A DNA stretch of 64,000 nt, counting the filler, from an uncultured Methanosarcinales archaeon (GTDB lineage Archaea; Nanobdellota; Nanobdellia; Woesearchaeales; BS150m-G63), in assembly GCA_964630685.1 (NCBI GenBank). It is 5 parts of 5 records of this genome, joined end to end, with 100 filler letters (N's around TTAATTAATTAA, not from the genome) between each part and the next. Parts side by side here need not be neighbours in the genome. Positions count along the whole stretch, not along the records: positions 1 to 30,235 come from CAZVVW010000001.1; 4 more parts are not named here. The stretch is one strand, 5' to 3'. Under the pieces are notes generated by a model. The model was not told where the DNA came from and did no database searches. It saw only the letters and a list, made by a program, of their open reading frames with translations. Of this stretch, positions 20,513-29,087 are shown in pieces. Position 1 is the first letter of the stretch. The number at the start of each line of letters is the position of its first letter. Both the position numbers and the translations under genes were made by a program.

Positions 20513-20771
20513 AGAACTTCGAAAAAAAGCTAAACTTTTGAAACCTATGGTTTGGATAGGTAAAAATGGATTTAATGAAGAGGTGTTTAAAGAGATTGAT
20601 CTTCAGTTAAAGAAAAAAGAACTCATTAAAATAAAATTAGTCAAATCTTTTATTTCTGGTAAAAATAAAAAAGAGGTTGCTGAAGATATTGCAATGAAAA
20701 CAAGTTCAAAGATAATCGAATTGGTTGGGTTTATGCTTACTATTTATAGAAAATCTCCAAAAAATAGATAA
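20490..20771 (+). CDS. yhbY: YhbY/CRM-domain RNA-binding protein
   Basis: LRKKAKLLKPMVWIGKNG..ELIKIK..VGFMLTIYR. Confidence 0.9.
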   Translation: MNTQNTTKELRKKAKLLKPMVWIGKNGFNEEVFKEIDLQLKKKELIKIKLVKSFISGKNKKEVAEDIAMKTSSKIIELVGFMLTIYRKSPKNR

Positions 20772-20815
20772 ATAGAAAATAATTTAAAGATTTGAGACAT
20801 AGATTGTGATAAAAG

Positions 20816-22264
20816 ATGGTAAAAGTAGAAGATTATTTTGTTGAAGAAGAGGAAAAATTTGAAGAAGTAGTTGGATCTATAGAAAAAACAGGATATCCAG
20901 ACCCTATAAGTCATTATAAATTACTTTATGAGAAATTTAATAATTCTGTCGAAGAAAGTTATTATTGGATTATGCAATTTTTACAACATGGTCCAATAGG
21001 TGGGCATCCAGAAGTTATAAAAGTGACTGATTTATTTTCTGCTTCTGAGCAATCTGCTTTTTTTGGTTCTGCCCAATCTAGATTGGGATTACAACAAGAT
21101 AAAGTAAGTCAATTTATGGCAACTGTCGGTAAGATGGTTAAAGAATTATTTCAATTAGTTAGGGAGTTAAGAGTTATTGATGAAAGATTAGATATGTATA
21201 ATAAAAGTACTGATGAAAAAGATTTGGCTTCTGAAATTGCTTTAAAGGGTTATTGGATTGATTTGGTTGAAGGAGGTGCAAAGAATCCTGCATCTGTTTA
21301 TGGGATGGCAAGAGAGTTACAATTCGCTACATTGCCTGATTTGTTTTTTGGGGTAAAACCTATTGATTCAAATGATGTTGAAGAGACAGTGGAAAAATTA
21401 GATTTTAATAAAAAAGTTAAAGAAGTTTTAATGAGAAAATTAAAAACTTTTTTGACTTGGAAAAAACATACCCATAAAGAATTAAACAATAGACGAAATT
21501 TTACAATTAAATTTCTTAGACAACATTGGAGCATTATTCATATGTATATGAGTTGGGTTAAACCATACCTTTTGAATATAAAGAGGATGAGATTAAATCA
21601 AAAGGATATTGAAAGAAATCCCAATCTAGTTTCTGCTTTTGAAGGAAGTATTGTAGAAGTGGAATATTTAGCAAGAAGAAATAGGCCAGGTTCAGATTAT
21701 AATGCGGTTACTTTAGTGCATTTTTGGTTTAGAACTGCCCCCAAAATGGATTATCATCAACAAGAATATCATCACAAAGGGCCAATTCATGTAGGTAAAT
21801 TAATTATTAATTTTAGATCGTATGCTTGGACTGATCAAGATATACAAAATTATCTCAAAATGAGGGAAGATGAAAATCTGGAATTGATTGGTGAGATTGA
21901 TTCTTCTGTAAAAGCTGCAATGGAATCTTTAGGAGATGAGTTAAGAGATTATTTGATTGAAGCAGGGGAAACTGATTTATTACCTCCTGAAAAACAAAAA
22001 AAGAAAACAAAAAAGAAATCTAAATTGGATAATCCTTTTGTTGCTGTTTTTAGTGGATTTGGGGAACTTTTTGGCAGTTTGGTTGGAATGGAGCCAGGCA
22101 AGGCAGGAGAGGAAGATAAGAAAAAGAAAAAAAAGAAAGATAAAAATGCTAAAAACGCATATAAATTGAGTGGTGAAAGAGCTTCTGCGACAGGAGATGC
22201 TAAAACTTCTACTTGGAATGTTTATAAGAATTTTAAGAAGGCACATAAGATGCTTGCTTGGTAA
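20816..22264 (+). CDS. Hypothetical protein (482 aa)
   Basis: Long ORF with a TATA-like element upstream. No family recognised. Lys-rich C-terminal region. Confidence 0.8.
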   Translation: MVKVEDYFVEEEEKFEEVVGSIEKTGYPDPISHYKLLYEKFNNSVEESYYWIMQFLQHGPIGGHPEVIKVTDLFSASEQSAFFGSAQSRLGLQQDKVSQFMATVGKMVKELFQLVRELRVIDERLDMYNKSTDEKDLASEIALKGYWIDLVEGGAKNPASVYGMARELQFATLPDLFFGVKPIDSNDVEETVEKLDFNKKVKEVLMRKLKTFLTWKKHTHKELNNRRNFTIKFLRQHWSIIHMYMSWVKPYLLNIKRMRLNQKDIERNPNLVSAFEGSIVEVEYLARRNRPGSDYNAVTLVHFWFRTAPKMDYHQQEYHHKGPIHVGKLIINFRSYAWTDQDIQNYLKMREDENLELIGEIDSSVKAAMESLGDELRDYLIEAGETDLLPPEKQKKKTKKKSKLDNPFVAVFSGFGELFGSLVGMEPGKAGEEDKKKKKKKDKNAKNAYKLSGERASATGDAKTSTWNVYKNFKKAHKMLAW

Positions 22265-22270
22265 ATTATA

Positions 22271-22825
22271 ATGGCTAAAGAAAAAGATGTAGATAATCTA
22301 GATGATATTAAGAAATTATCCCCTGAGGAAAGAATTGATAGATTAAAGAAACTTGAAGAGGATAAGAAAAAAGAGATAGAAGAAGCTCATAAACTGATTG
22401 AAGAGTCTGTTGGCCAGATAAAAAAGGAAGAAGAGCTCATGGAAGAGATAGAAACTCCAAAACCTAAACAAGTTGATATTACTAAACTATTTGAAGGAGA
22501 AGAAGAGAGTTTGGAAGGGGTTGTTGAGCGTGAGAAAAAGGAATTGAGTGAACAAGAGCTTGAACAACATAGGCAATATCAACATCAATTGAGTAAAGAA
22601 GCTGTTGGTAATTTATATGATAGGGTGAAAGATGTTTATAATCAAATTAAAGAAACTGGAGAAATTACAGGAGATCAACAAAACCAACTTAATGATATTA
22701 ATTATGCTATGCAATACAAATCAAAAGATATTCAATCAGGAGTTTACAAAACTGCTGGAGATGAAATAAATGATATTATGACTGCTTCTAAAGGTATTTT
22801 GAATTATATGAGGGGTGAAAGATGA
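22271..22825 (+). CDS. Acidic coiled-coil hypothetical protein
   Basis: E/K-rich heptads. ATGA overlap with the next gene. Confidence 0.75.
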   Translation: MAKEKDVDNLDDIKKLSPEERIDRLKKLEEDKKKEIEEAHKLIEESVGQIKKEEELMEEIETPKPKQVDITKLFEGEEESLEGVVEREKKELSEQELEQHRQYQHQLSKEAVGNLYDRVKDVYNQIKETGEITGDQQNQLNDINYAMQYKSKDIQSGVYKTAGDEINDIMTASKGILNYMRGER

Positions 22826-24852
22826 AATTTAGTGATGGATATACTACACCCATGGATAGAGAATATTTTGGAAGGGGTGGGGCTGATGATTTAGAGCAAC
22901 CAATAATTGGTATTGCAGATATTGGACAGACTGTTTCTGAAGGTAGCAGAGTTGGAGGCTCTTTTAGGGATACTATACAGGCTGCGATAAGAAGTGGTGC
23001 TAAACAAGTTGAACTATCTACTCAAATGGAGGGGAGTGATAAAGGAGTCGGTGCTGAAGCTTATGGAAAAGAAGCTCGAGAAGAATTGCGTGAATTACAG
23101 CGAGCTAATGATATTAAAGTTGTTTCTACTCATACTCCAACTCAGATAGGAAATCTTTCTGGTTATACAGGTCCTGAAAGGGGATTTGATGATGATACGC
23201 GAAAAAGAGAATTAGATGAAGTAAAAAAAGCAATAAGTTTTGCTGCAGAAGCTGCTGGAGGTGGAGCAGTTGTTGTGCATACTGGAGAATTTGCTAGGCC
23301 AATTTCTGAGCAAGAATGGGCTAAAGACAAAGAAACTGGAGGGTATTTGTTCAAAGGATATTTAGAAGAGCCTGAGAGGGCCATTATACCTATAGTGGAT
23401 AGTCGAACAGGAAGAGTTATGGATCAAGTTCGAAAAAATCAAATAGTGCATAGGCCAGAATGGTTAAGAAATGAAAAAGGAGAGTATATTAATTATGAAA
23501 AGGAAGTGGTCGGAATTGAAGAAAGAGTGCCTATCTTTGACTCTGAATCTGGAAGATTTAAAGTTAGAGAAATGAGGTGGGCTGATTTTGAAAAAGAAGC
23601 TGAAGAGAGAAATAGAATAAAAGAGAAACAACTAGGTAGGGGGCTTGTTAAAGATGAAAAATTAACTACAGAGGAAGCATTTTTACGAGCACAAATTGAT
23701 TCTAATGTAGGCCATTCGAGGGGTTGGGCACTAACTTATGCTAGAGGTTTTGAAGAATCAAAGAAAACATTGGAGAGATTGAAAAAAGCAAAAGAATTTT
23801 ATGATGAATTAGATAAATCTCTTCCAGAAGAAGATAAATGGAAAATAATGAAAAAGAGTTCATCTAATTTTGACGGACTTTTACCTACAGAATATAAACC
23901 TATACCTGAAATTTTGACTGAACAGATAAAAAGAACAAGGCACGAAATTGAATCTGCTCATGAAGCTTCTGTATCTCAAGAACAACAAGCAGAATCAACT
24001 GCATTGAATGGCAAATATGCTATGCCTGTTGATAAATATGCTAAGAAACAGAGTATGAAATCTTATGCTGAGGCAGGAATTACTGCAATGGAACAAAGTG
24101 ATGCAAAACATACAGATAGACCGGTTTTTATTGCTCCTGAAAATTTATTTCCTGAAATGGGTTATGGTACGCACCCAGAAGAGTTAATTGATTTAGTGCA
24201 TAATGCTAGAAAAGAGATGGTGAAAACCTTAACCCATAAACAAGTAGAAGATCCTAGTGGTAGGTTAGATGACAAAGGAAATCCTATTATGGTGAATAAC
24301 CCTCATTATCGTGGATGGAATAAGAATAAAGCCCAAAAAGAAGCTAAAGAACATATAAGGGCAACTCTTGATACTGCTCATTTAGGTTTATGGTGGAAAT
24401 ATTTTGAACCTAGAACTGGAGAAACAGAACAAAAGAGGTTTAAGAGGTTTGAAGGGTGGTATATGGATCAAATTAAGAATTTAGAAAAAGCAGATGTACT
24501 TGGGCATGTTCACGTTGTAGACACAATGGGGAGGGGAGATTCTCATATTCCTGCAGGCCAAGGAATAATGCCAATTAAAACGGCTTTGGAATATTTGAAA
24601 GAAAAAGGATTGGATGCTAGTATGGTTTCAGAAGCTTTTGGTGAAGGGCCTGGAAGACAATTGACTAAAACTTGGGAGCATTTTGGAAGTACAATTTATG
24701 GTGCAGGTGGTCCTGTAAGTCCTGGGGCTCCAGTAAGATTTTCAGATGTACATCAGAGTTATTTTGGAAAAGATAGGCCACCATATTATGTGTTTGGTGC
24801 TTATTCGCCAAGTAATGATTGGACTTTATGGACTCAAGTTCCTTTGGAATAA
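22822..24852 (+). CDS. Xylose-isomerase/AP-endonuclease-2-like TIM barrel with a large helical insertion
   Basis: STHTP, VVHTGE, APENL, TLDTAH, HVHVVD..DSHIPAGQG and VSE metal-ligand motifs. Confidence 0.8.
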   Translation: MKFSDGYTTPMDREYFGRGGADDLEQPIIGIADIGQTVSEGSRVGGSFRDTIQAAIRSGAKQVELSTQMEGSDKGVGAEAYGKEAREELRELQRANDIKVVSTHTPTQIGNLSGYTGPERGFDDDTRKRELDEVKKAISFAAEAAGGGAVVVHTGEFARPISEQEWAKDKETGGYLFKGYLEEPERAIIPIVDSRTGRVMDQVRKNQIVHRPEWLRNEKGEYINYEKEVVGIEERVPIFDSESGRFKVREMRWADFEKEAEERNRIKEKQLGRGLVKDEKLTTEEAFLRAQIDSNVGHSRGWALTYARGFEESKKTLERLKKAKEFYDELDKSLPEEDKWKIMKKSSSNFDGLLPTEYKPIPEILTEQIKRTRHEIESAHEASVSQEQQAESTALNGKYAMPVDKYAKKQSMKSYAEAGITAMEQSDAKHTDRPVFIAPENLFPEMGYGTHPEELIDLVHNARKEMVKTLTHKQVEDPSGRLDDKGNPIMVNNPHYRGWNKNKAQKEAKEHIRATLDTAHLGLWWKYFEPRTGETEQKRFKRFEGWYMDQIKNLEKADVLGHVHVVDTMGRGDSHIPAGQGIMPIKTALEYLKEKGLDASMVSEAFGEGPGRQLTKTWEHFGSTIYGAGGPVSPGAPVRFSDVHQSYFGKDRPPYYVFGAYSPSNDWTLWTQVPLE

Positions 24853-24934
24853 TTTAAATTAAGTTGGATTAACTATCAATCAATGGTTATAAAATTTAAT
24901 AAACAACAAAACAAAAAAAGGTATAAGGCTAATA

Positions 24935-25747
24935 ATGAAATTTGATATAGAAAAAAAAGATAGTCCTGCAAAAGAGGATTACCATAAAAAAGATATGGAA
25001 TTAGCTTATAGTTTTGCTAAAAAGACATATAAAGAATTTGGTTCTTTCTTGAAAGCGATTGTGCTTTTTGGTAGTAGTGCTAGGCGAGAGAAAAAGAAAG
25101 ATGGAGATATTGATATTCTATTGATTGTTGATGATGTATCTATGGTGCTTTCTCCAGATGTTGTCGAAGCGTATAGGATTATTGTTGAAAAAATAATTGC
25201 AGATACTTCTACTAAAATACATGTTACGACACTTAAATTTACTAGTTTTTGGGAATATGTGCGAGCAGGAGATCCTGTCGGAGTGAATATTTTGAGAGAT
25301 GGATTGGTGTTATTAGATTCTGGATTTTTTGAACCTTTACAGAGTTTACTTGTGCAAGGAAGAATCCGGCCGAGTCCTGAATCTGTTTGGGTTTATTTTG
25401 CTAGAGCACCAAGAACACTACATAATTCTAGGTGGCATTTAGTGCAGGCAACTCTTGACCTTTATTGGGCTGTTATTGATAGTGCACATTCTGCTTTAAT
25501 GAATTTAGGGGAAATTCCTCCATCGCCATCACATGTTGCAGACTTACTTGATGAAAAATTAGCAAAAAAAGGTTTGCTTGAGAAAAAATATATTAAAACC
25601 ATGAAGAATTTTTATGAACTCGCAAAAAAGATAGGGCATAAAGAAGTAAGAAGTATCGAAGGCAAACATTATGATAAATATTTGATAGATGCGCGTGATT
25701 TTGTAGAAAGGATGAAAAAATTTATATTGGAATCTAATACTAAATAA
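24935..25747 (+). CDS. Fused nucleotidyltransferase (MNT) + HEPN protein
   Basis: LFGSSAR..DGDIDILLIVDD. C-terminal DLYWAVIDSAHSAL..PSHV HEPN-like helices. Confidence 0.85.
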   Translation: MKFDIEKKDSPAKEDYHKKDMELAYSFAKKTYKEFGSFLKAIVLFGSSARREKKKDGDIDILLIVDDVSMVLSPDVVEAYRIIVEKIIADTSTKIHVTTLKFTSFWEYVRAGDPVGVNILRDGLVLLDSGFFEPLQSLLVQGRIRPSPESVWVYFARAPRTLHNSRWHLVQATLDLYWAVIDSAHSALMNLGEIPPSPSHVADLLDEKLAKKGLLEKKYIKTMKNFYELAKKIGHKEVRSIEGKHYDKYLIDARDFVERMKKFILESNTK

Positions 25748-25779
25748 CAAATTAATTTATCTTCCTTAATATCAATTGC

Positions 25780-26175
25780 ATGGGGGTGTTTATAGTGAAT
25801 AAGGAAAAAGAACAAGTAGAAGAGAAAGTAGAAGAGAAAAAATCTCTTCAAGACTCTGGAAAACAGAGCCAAGAAGAGAAAGTAGAAAAGCAGAAACGAG
25901 AAAATAGTGGAGATAAATTAACTTTAGGTGGTGGAATAGAGCTCTCTGGATTTAAAACAGTGGATCTTGGAATGATGGTTGTGGTGAAAAAGATTGTTGG
26001 CAGTTATGCTAGAAAGTTTTCTGATGACAATAAAGACTTTGAGAAATTGAGTGTTTCTTTGGATGGCAAAAAATTAAGTGGGGAATTGACTGTTGGCGGT
26101 AAAGCAAAAACAAGTGAAGTGGAAGAAGACAATCTGTTTGTCACATTAGATAAAGTAATGAAAGGATTGGAATAA
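25780..26175 (+). CDS. HPF/RaiA-like (ribosome hibernation fold) protein, putative. True start may be GTG 25795
   Basis: beta-alpha-beta-beta-beta-alpha pattern ending in EEDNLFVTLDKVMKGLE. Confidence 0.55.
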   Translation: MGVFIVNKEKEQVEEKVEEKKSLQDSGKQSQEEKVEKQKRENSGDKLTLGGGIELSGFKTVDLGMMVVVKKIVGSYARKFSDDNKDFEKLSVSLDGKKLSGELTVGGKAKTSEVEEDNLFVTLDKVMKGLE

Positions 26176-26266
26176 TTTTATTTTTTATTTGTGTAGATTA
26201 CTTATTATATATATATATATATATTTAAGAGAAATATTTAAATAGTGAATAAAGTTTGGTTAAAAC

Positions 26267-27715
26267 ATGGCAAAGAAAGGTAAACAAGAGGCAGGTATAA
26301 CTGTCAATAAAGAGGATGATTTTTCTGAGTGGTATACTCAAGTTATCCAGAAGGCAGAATTGATAGAATATACTGGAGTTTCTGGTTGTATGGTTATTAG
26401 GCCTTTGGCTTATGAGATGTGGGAAAAAATACAGCAATTTTTTGATAAAGAGATTAAAAAATTAGGTGTGCGAAATGCATATTTTCCTTTATTGATTCCT
26501 GAAAATTTATTAAAAAAAGAACAATACCATGTTGAAGGATTTACACCTGAAGTTGCGTGGGTTACCCATACAGGAACGTCAAAATTAAAAGAAAGATTGG
26601 CGATTAGACCAACTTCTGAAACAATTATGTATGATAGTTATAAAAAATGGATAAGGAGCTATCAAGATTTGCCTCTTTTGATAAACCAGTGGTGTAATGT
26701 TGTTAGGTGGGAATTCAAACACCCTATGCCATTCATAAGGACGCGAGAATTTTTATGGCAAGAAGGCCACACTGCACATACTGATAAAAAAGGGGCAGAT
26801 AAAGAAGTGTTTAAGATTCTTGACTTGTACGCTAAAGTTTTTGAAGAATTATTAGCTGTTCCTGTTTTGATGGGAACTAAGTCAGATAAAGAGAAGTTTG
26901 CTGGTGCAGATTATACTGTTAGTGTTGAGATGATGTTTCCAGATGGAAAAGCGATTCAAGGAGCAACTTCCCATAGTCTTGGACAGAATTTTGCTAAGGT
27001 TTTTGGTATAAGTTTTGTTGATAAAGATATGAAAAAGAAATATGTTTGGCAGAATTCTTGGGGGATAACTACTAGGAGTTTGGGAATAATGTATGCAATT
27101 CATGGAGATGATAAGGGGTTGGTGATACCCCCAAAAATGGCACCTAATAAAGTTGTTATTGTGCCTATATTGTTCAAAGATACTAAAGCTAAGGTTTTGA
27201 AAAAAGCAAAAGAGCTTAAGAAAAAAATTGGAAAATACGATGTGCTTTTGGACGAAAGAGAAGATTATAGTCCAGGATGGAAATTTAATGAATGGGAGCT
27301 AAAAGGAGTTCCTGTTAGGTTGGAAATAGGTCCAAGAGATTTAGAAAAAGGAAGTGTTATGCTTGCTCGAAGAGATACTGGAGAAAAAGAAATTGTTAAA
27401 TTTGGCGGGCTTGATAAAAAAATTAAAATTGTTTTAGATGATATGCAGAAAAACATGTATGAAAAAGCCAAGAAGTTTTTGCAAAATAATATTGTTGAAG
27501 CTAAGAGTTTTGCTGAATTAAAAAAAGCGATTAAAGATAAAAAGTTTGTCAAAGCCAGCTGGTGCGGAAAACTTGGATGTGAAGAGAATATTAAGTTTGA
27601 AACGGGCGGAGCTAAAACTTTGAATATCCCTTTTTCTCAACCCAAGAAAATTGATAAATGTGTTTACTGTGGAAAAGAAGGGAAACATTTGCTTTATTTT
27701 GCTAAGAGTTATTAG
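26267..27715 (+). CDS. proS: Proline--tRNA ligase (archaeal/eukaryote type)
   Basis: RPTSET, VRWEFK, RTREFLWQEGHT, QNSWG, and C-terminal FAKSY. Confidence 0.97.
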   Translation: MAKKGKQEAGITVNKEDDFSEWYTQVIQKAELIEYTGVSGCMVIRPLAYEMWEKIQQFFDKEIKKLGVRNAYFPLLIPENLLKKEQYHVEGFTPEVAWVTHTGTSKLKERLAIRPTSETIMYDSYKKWIRSYQDLPLLINQWCNVVRWEFKHPMPFIRTREFLWQEGHTAHTDKKGADKEVFKILDLYAKVFEELLAVPVLMGTKSDKEKFAGADYTVSVEMMFPDGKAIQGATSHSLGQNFAKVFGISFVDKDMKKKYVWQNSWGITTRSLGIMYAIHGDDKGLVIPPKMAPNKVVIVPILFKDTKAKVLKKAKELKKKIGKYDVLLDEREDYSPGWKFNEWELKGVPVRLEIGPRDLEKGSVMLARRDTGEKEIVKFGGLDKKIKIVLDDMQKNMYEKAKKFLQNNIVEAKSFAELKKAIKDKKFVKASWCGKLGCEENIKFETGGAKTLNIPFSQPKKIDKCVYCGKEGKHLLYFAKSY

Positions 27716-27718
27716 TTT

Positions 27719-27736
27719 CAAAAGTTTTATATATTT
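27719..27736 (+). promoter_or_regulatory. Archaeal BRE/TATA promoter of the riboswitch transcript
   Basis: caaaagTTTTATATAT about 25 nt upstream of the riboswitch P1 5' strand. Confidence 0.6.
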
Positions 27737-27754
27737 ATTCTGTTTTTTATTTTG

Positions 27755-27862
27755 TTATCCTCTAAAGGAAACTAAGGTGAAAATCCTTGACTGTGCCGCA
27801 ACCGTAAATCCCATTTAGGGAAAGTCGGAAAACTTATTGGATATATTACCTCGAGCAAGGAA
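27755..27862 (+). ncRNA. Cobalamin (B12) riboswitch
   Basis: AAAGGAAAC, then TAAGG-TGAAAAT-CCTTG (P4/T-loop), ACTG-TGCCG-CAAC (P5), CCGTAA..TCCC-ATTTA-GGGA..AAGTCGG-AAAAC (B12-box-like). P1 is TATCC/GGATA and P13 is CCT-CGAGCA-AGG. Lies upstream of B12-uptake genes. Confidence 0.88.
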
Positions 27863-27900
27863 AGTCAATTCTTTCTCAAGGCAATTAATTAGGTGAGTTA

Positions 27901-28371
27901 GTGAAACAAAAAGAGATTGCTAAACAAAAAAAAAGTAAAGAAAAAAATTCTTTAACTGAAGTGCTTAGTGCTATTGAGTTAATGCAAAAAGTGGAATCTA
28001 TTGATGCTAAATTCGACTCTAAAGATTTTGTTCAATTAGATGATGGTAAAGTTAAATTTGATTATTCTACTAATTTGATAGATAAACAAATGGATTATTC
28101 TGAATTGTTTTCTTATCTAAATTCTAAAGCAAAAGAAAATCCTTATACTTCTTATGAATCTGTTGATGAAGAAAAAAAACAAGAAGATAATTTGGATGTT
28201 AAAGAATCAATATCTTATGAAGAAGTTGAAGAAGTCATAAAAACTAAAAAATTTAATGATATGTTATCTAGATCTACTCTTTTTCAGATGCCTCCATCAG
28301 TTAAAGAGCGATTTGATTGGTTTAAAATTTTTAATAAAGCTTATTTGGATTTAATGTATGATATGATTTAA
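27901..28371 (+). CDS. Hypothetical protein, first gene behind the cobalamin riboswitch
   Basis: AGGTGA SD at 27891-27896, GTG start, 156 aa, no family recognised. Confidence 0.7.
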   Translation: MKQKEIAKQKKSKEKNSLTEVLSAIELMQKVESIDAKFDSKDFVQLDDGKVKFDYSTNLIDKQMDYSELFSYLNSKAKENPYTSYESVDEEKKQEDNLDVKESISYEEVEEVIKTKKFNDMLSRSTLFQMPPSVKERFDWFKIFNKAYLDLMYDMI

Positions 28372-28385
28372 ATGAATCTTAAAAA

Positions 28386-29087
28386 ATGGAACAAAAAATA
28401 ATCCAAAAAAAGAAAGAAAAAAGTAAAACAAAAAAGAAGATTAAAGGGAAAGAGAAATTAGCTCTACATCTTTTATTGAAACAACTAGATCTTCTTAAGA
28501 TGAAAGAATATCTTGTTTTGATTGGGTTGATGTTTGGTGGTGCTTTGTTGAGAATTCCTATGCAAGCAGTACCGAGTGCTGAGCCTATTACTTTTTTTGC
28601 GATTTTGGCTGGCTGGCTTTTTGGAAAGAAAAAAGGATTCTTGACAGGAGCCTCTGCTTTGTATGTTTCTAATTTTTTAGTTTTTGGAGGGCAAGGTGTT
28701 TGGACCATTTTTCAGGCATTAGGATTTGGAATGGCTGGTTTTTTTGGAGGTTATTTGAGAAAGAAGGCTAAATGGTTTGAGGTGATGATTGTTGCAGGAA
28801 TAGCAACACTTGCTTATGAGATAATTGTTAATTTTGGCACTTTGATGTTTATGCCTTTTAGTATATTCGCGATATTTTTTACAGCTCTTCCTTTTACATT
28901 AGTGCATTTGGTTTCAAATGTTGCGTTTTCTTTAGGGTTAGGGAAAGCTAAATCTTTTGTGGAAGAAAAAGGAGGGTTTAACGAAAAAAAGATGTGTAAA
29001 GATATGATTAAAGTTTTGAAAAGTAAGTTTAAATATAAAAAGAGCAATGAAAATGAAATTAAAGAAGGTAAGGGGGTAAGTATATGA
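28386..29087 (+). CDS. cbrT: ECF transporter S-component, CbrT-like (cobalamin)
   Basis: PSAEPITFF..G..KGFLTGA..VSNFLVFGGQGVWTIFQ matches the CbrT-type SNF..GQGPWT.Q motif. About six TM helices. Confidence 0.8.
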   Translation: MEQKIIQKKKEKSKTKKKIKGKEKLALHLLLKQLDLLKMKEYLVLIGLMFGGALLRIPMQAVPSAEPITFFAILAGWLFGKKKGFLTGASALYVSNFLVFGGQGVWTIFQALGFGMAGFFGGYLRKKAKWFEVMIVAGIATLAYEIIVNFGTLMFMPFSIFAIFFTALPFTLVHLVSNVAFSLGLGKAKSFVEEKGGFNEKKMCKDMIKVLKSKFKYKKSNENEIKEGKGVSI

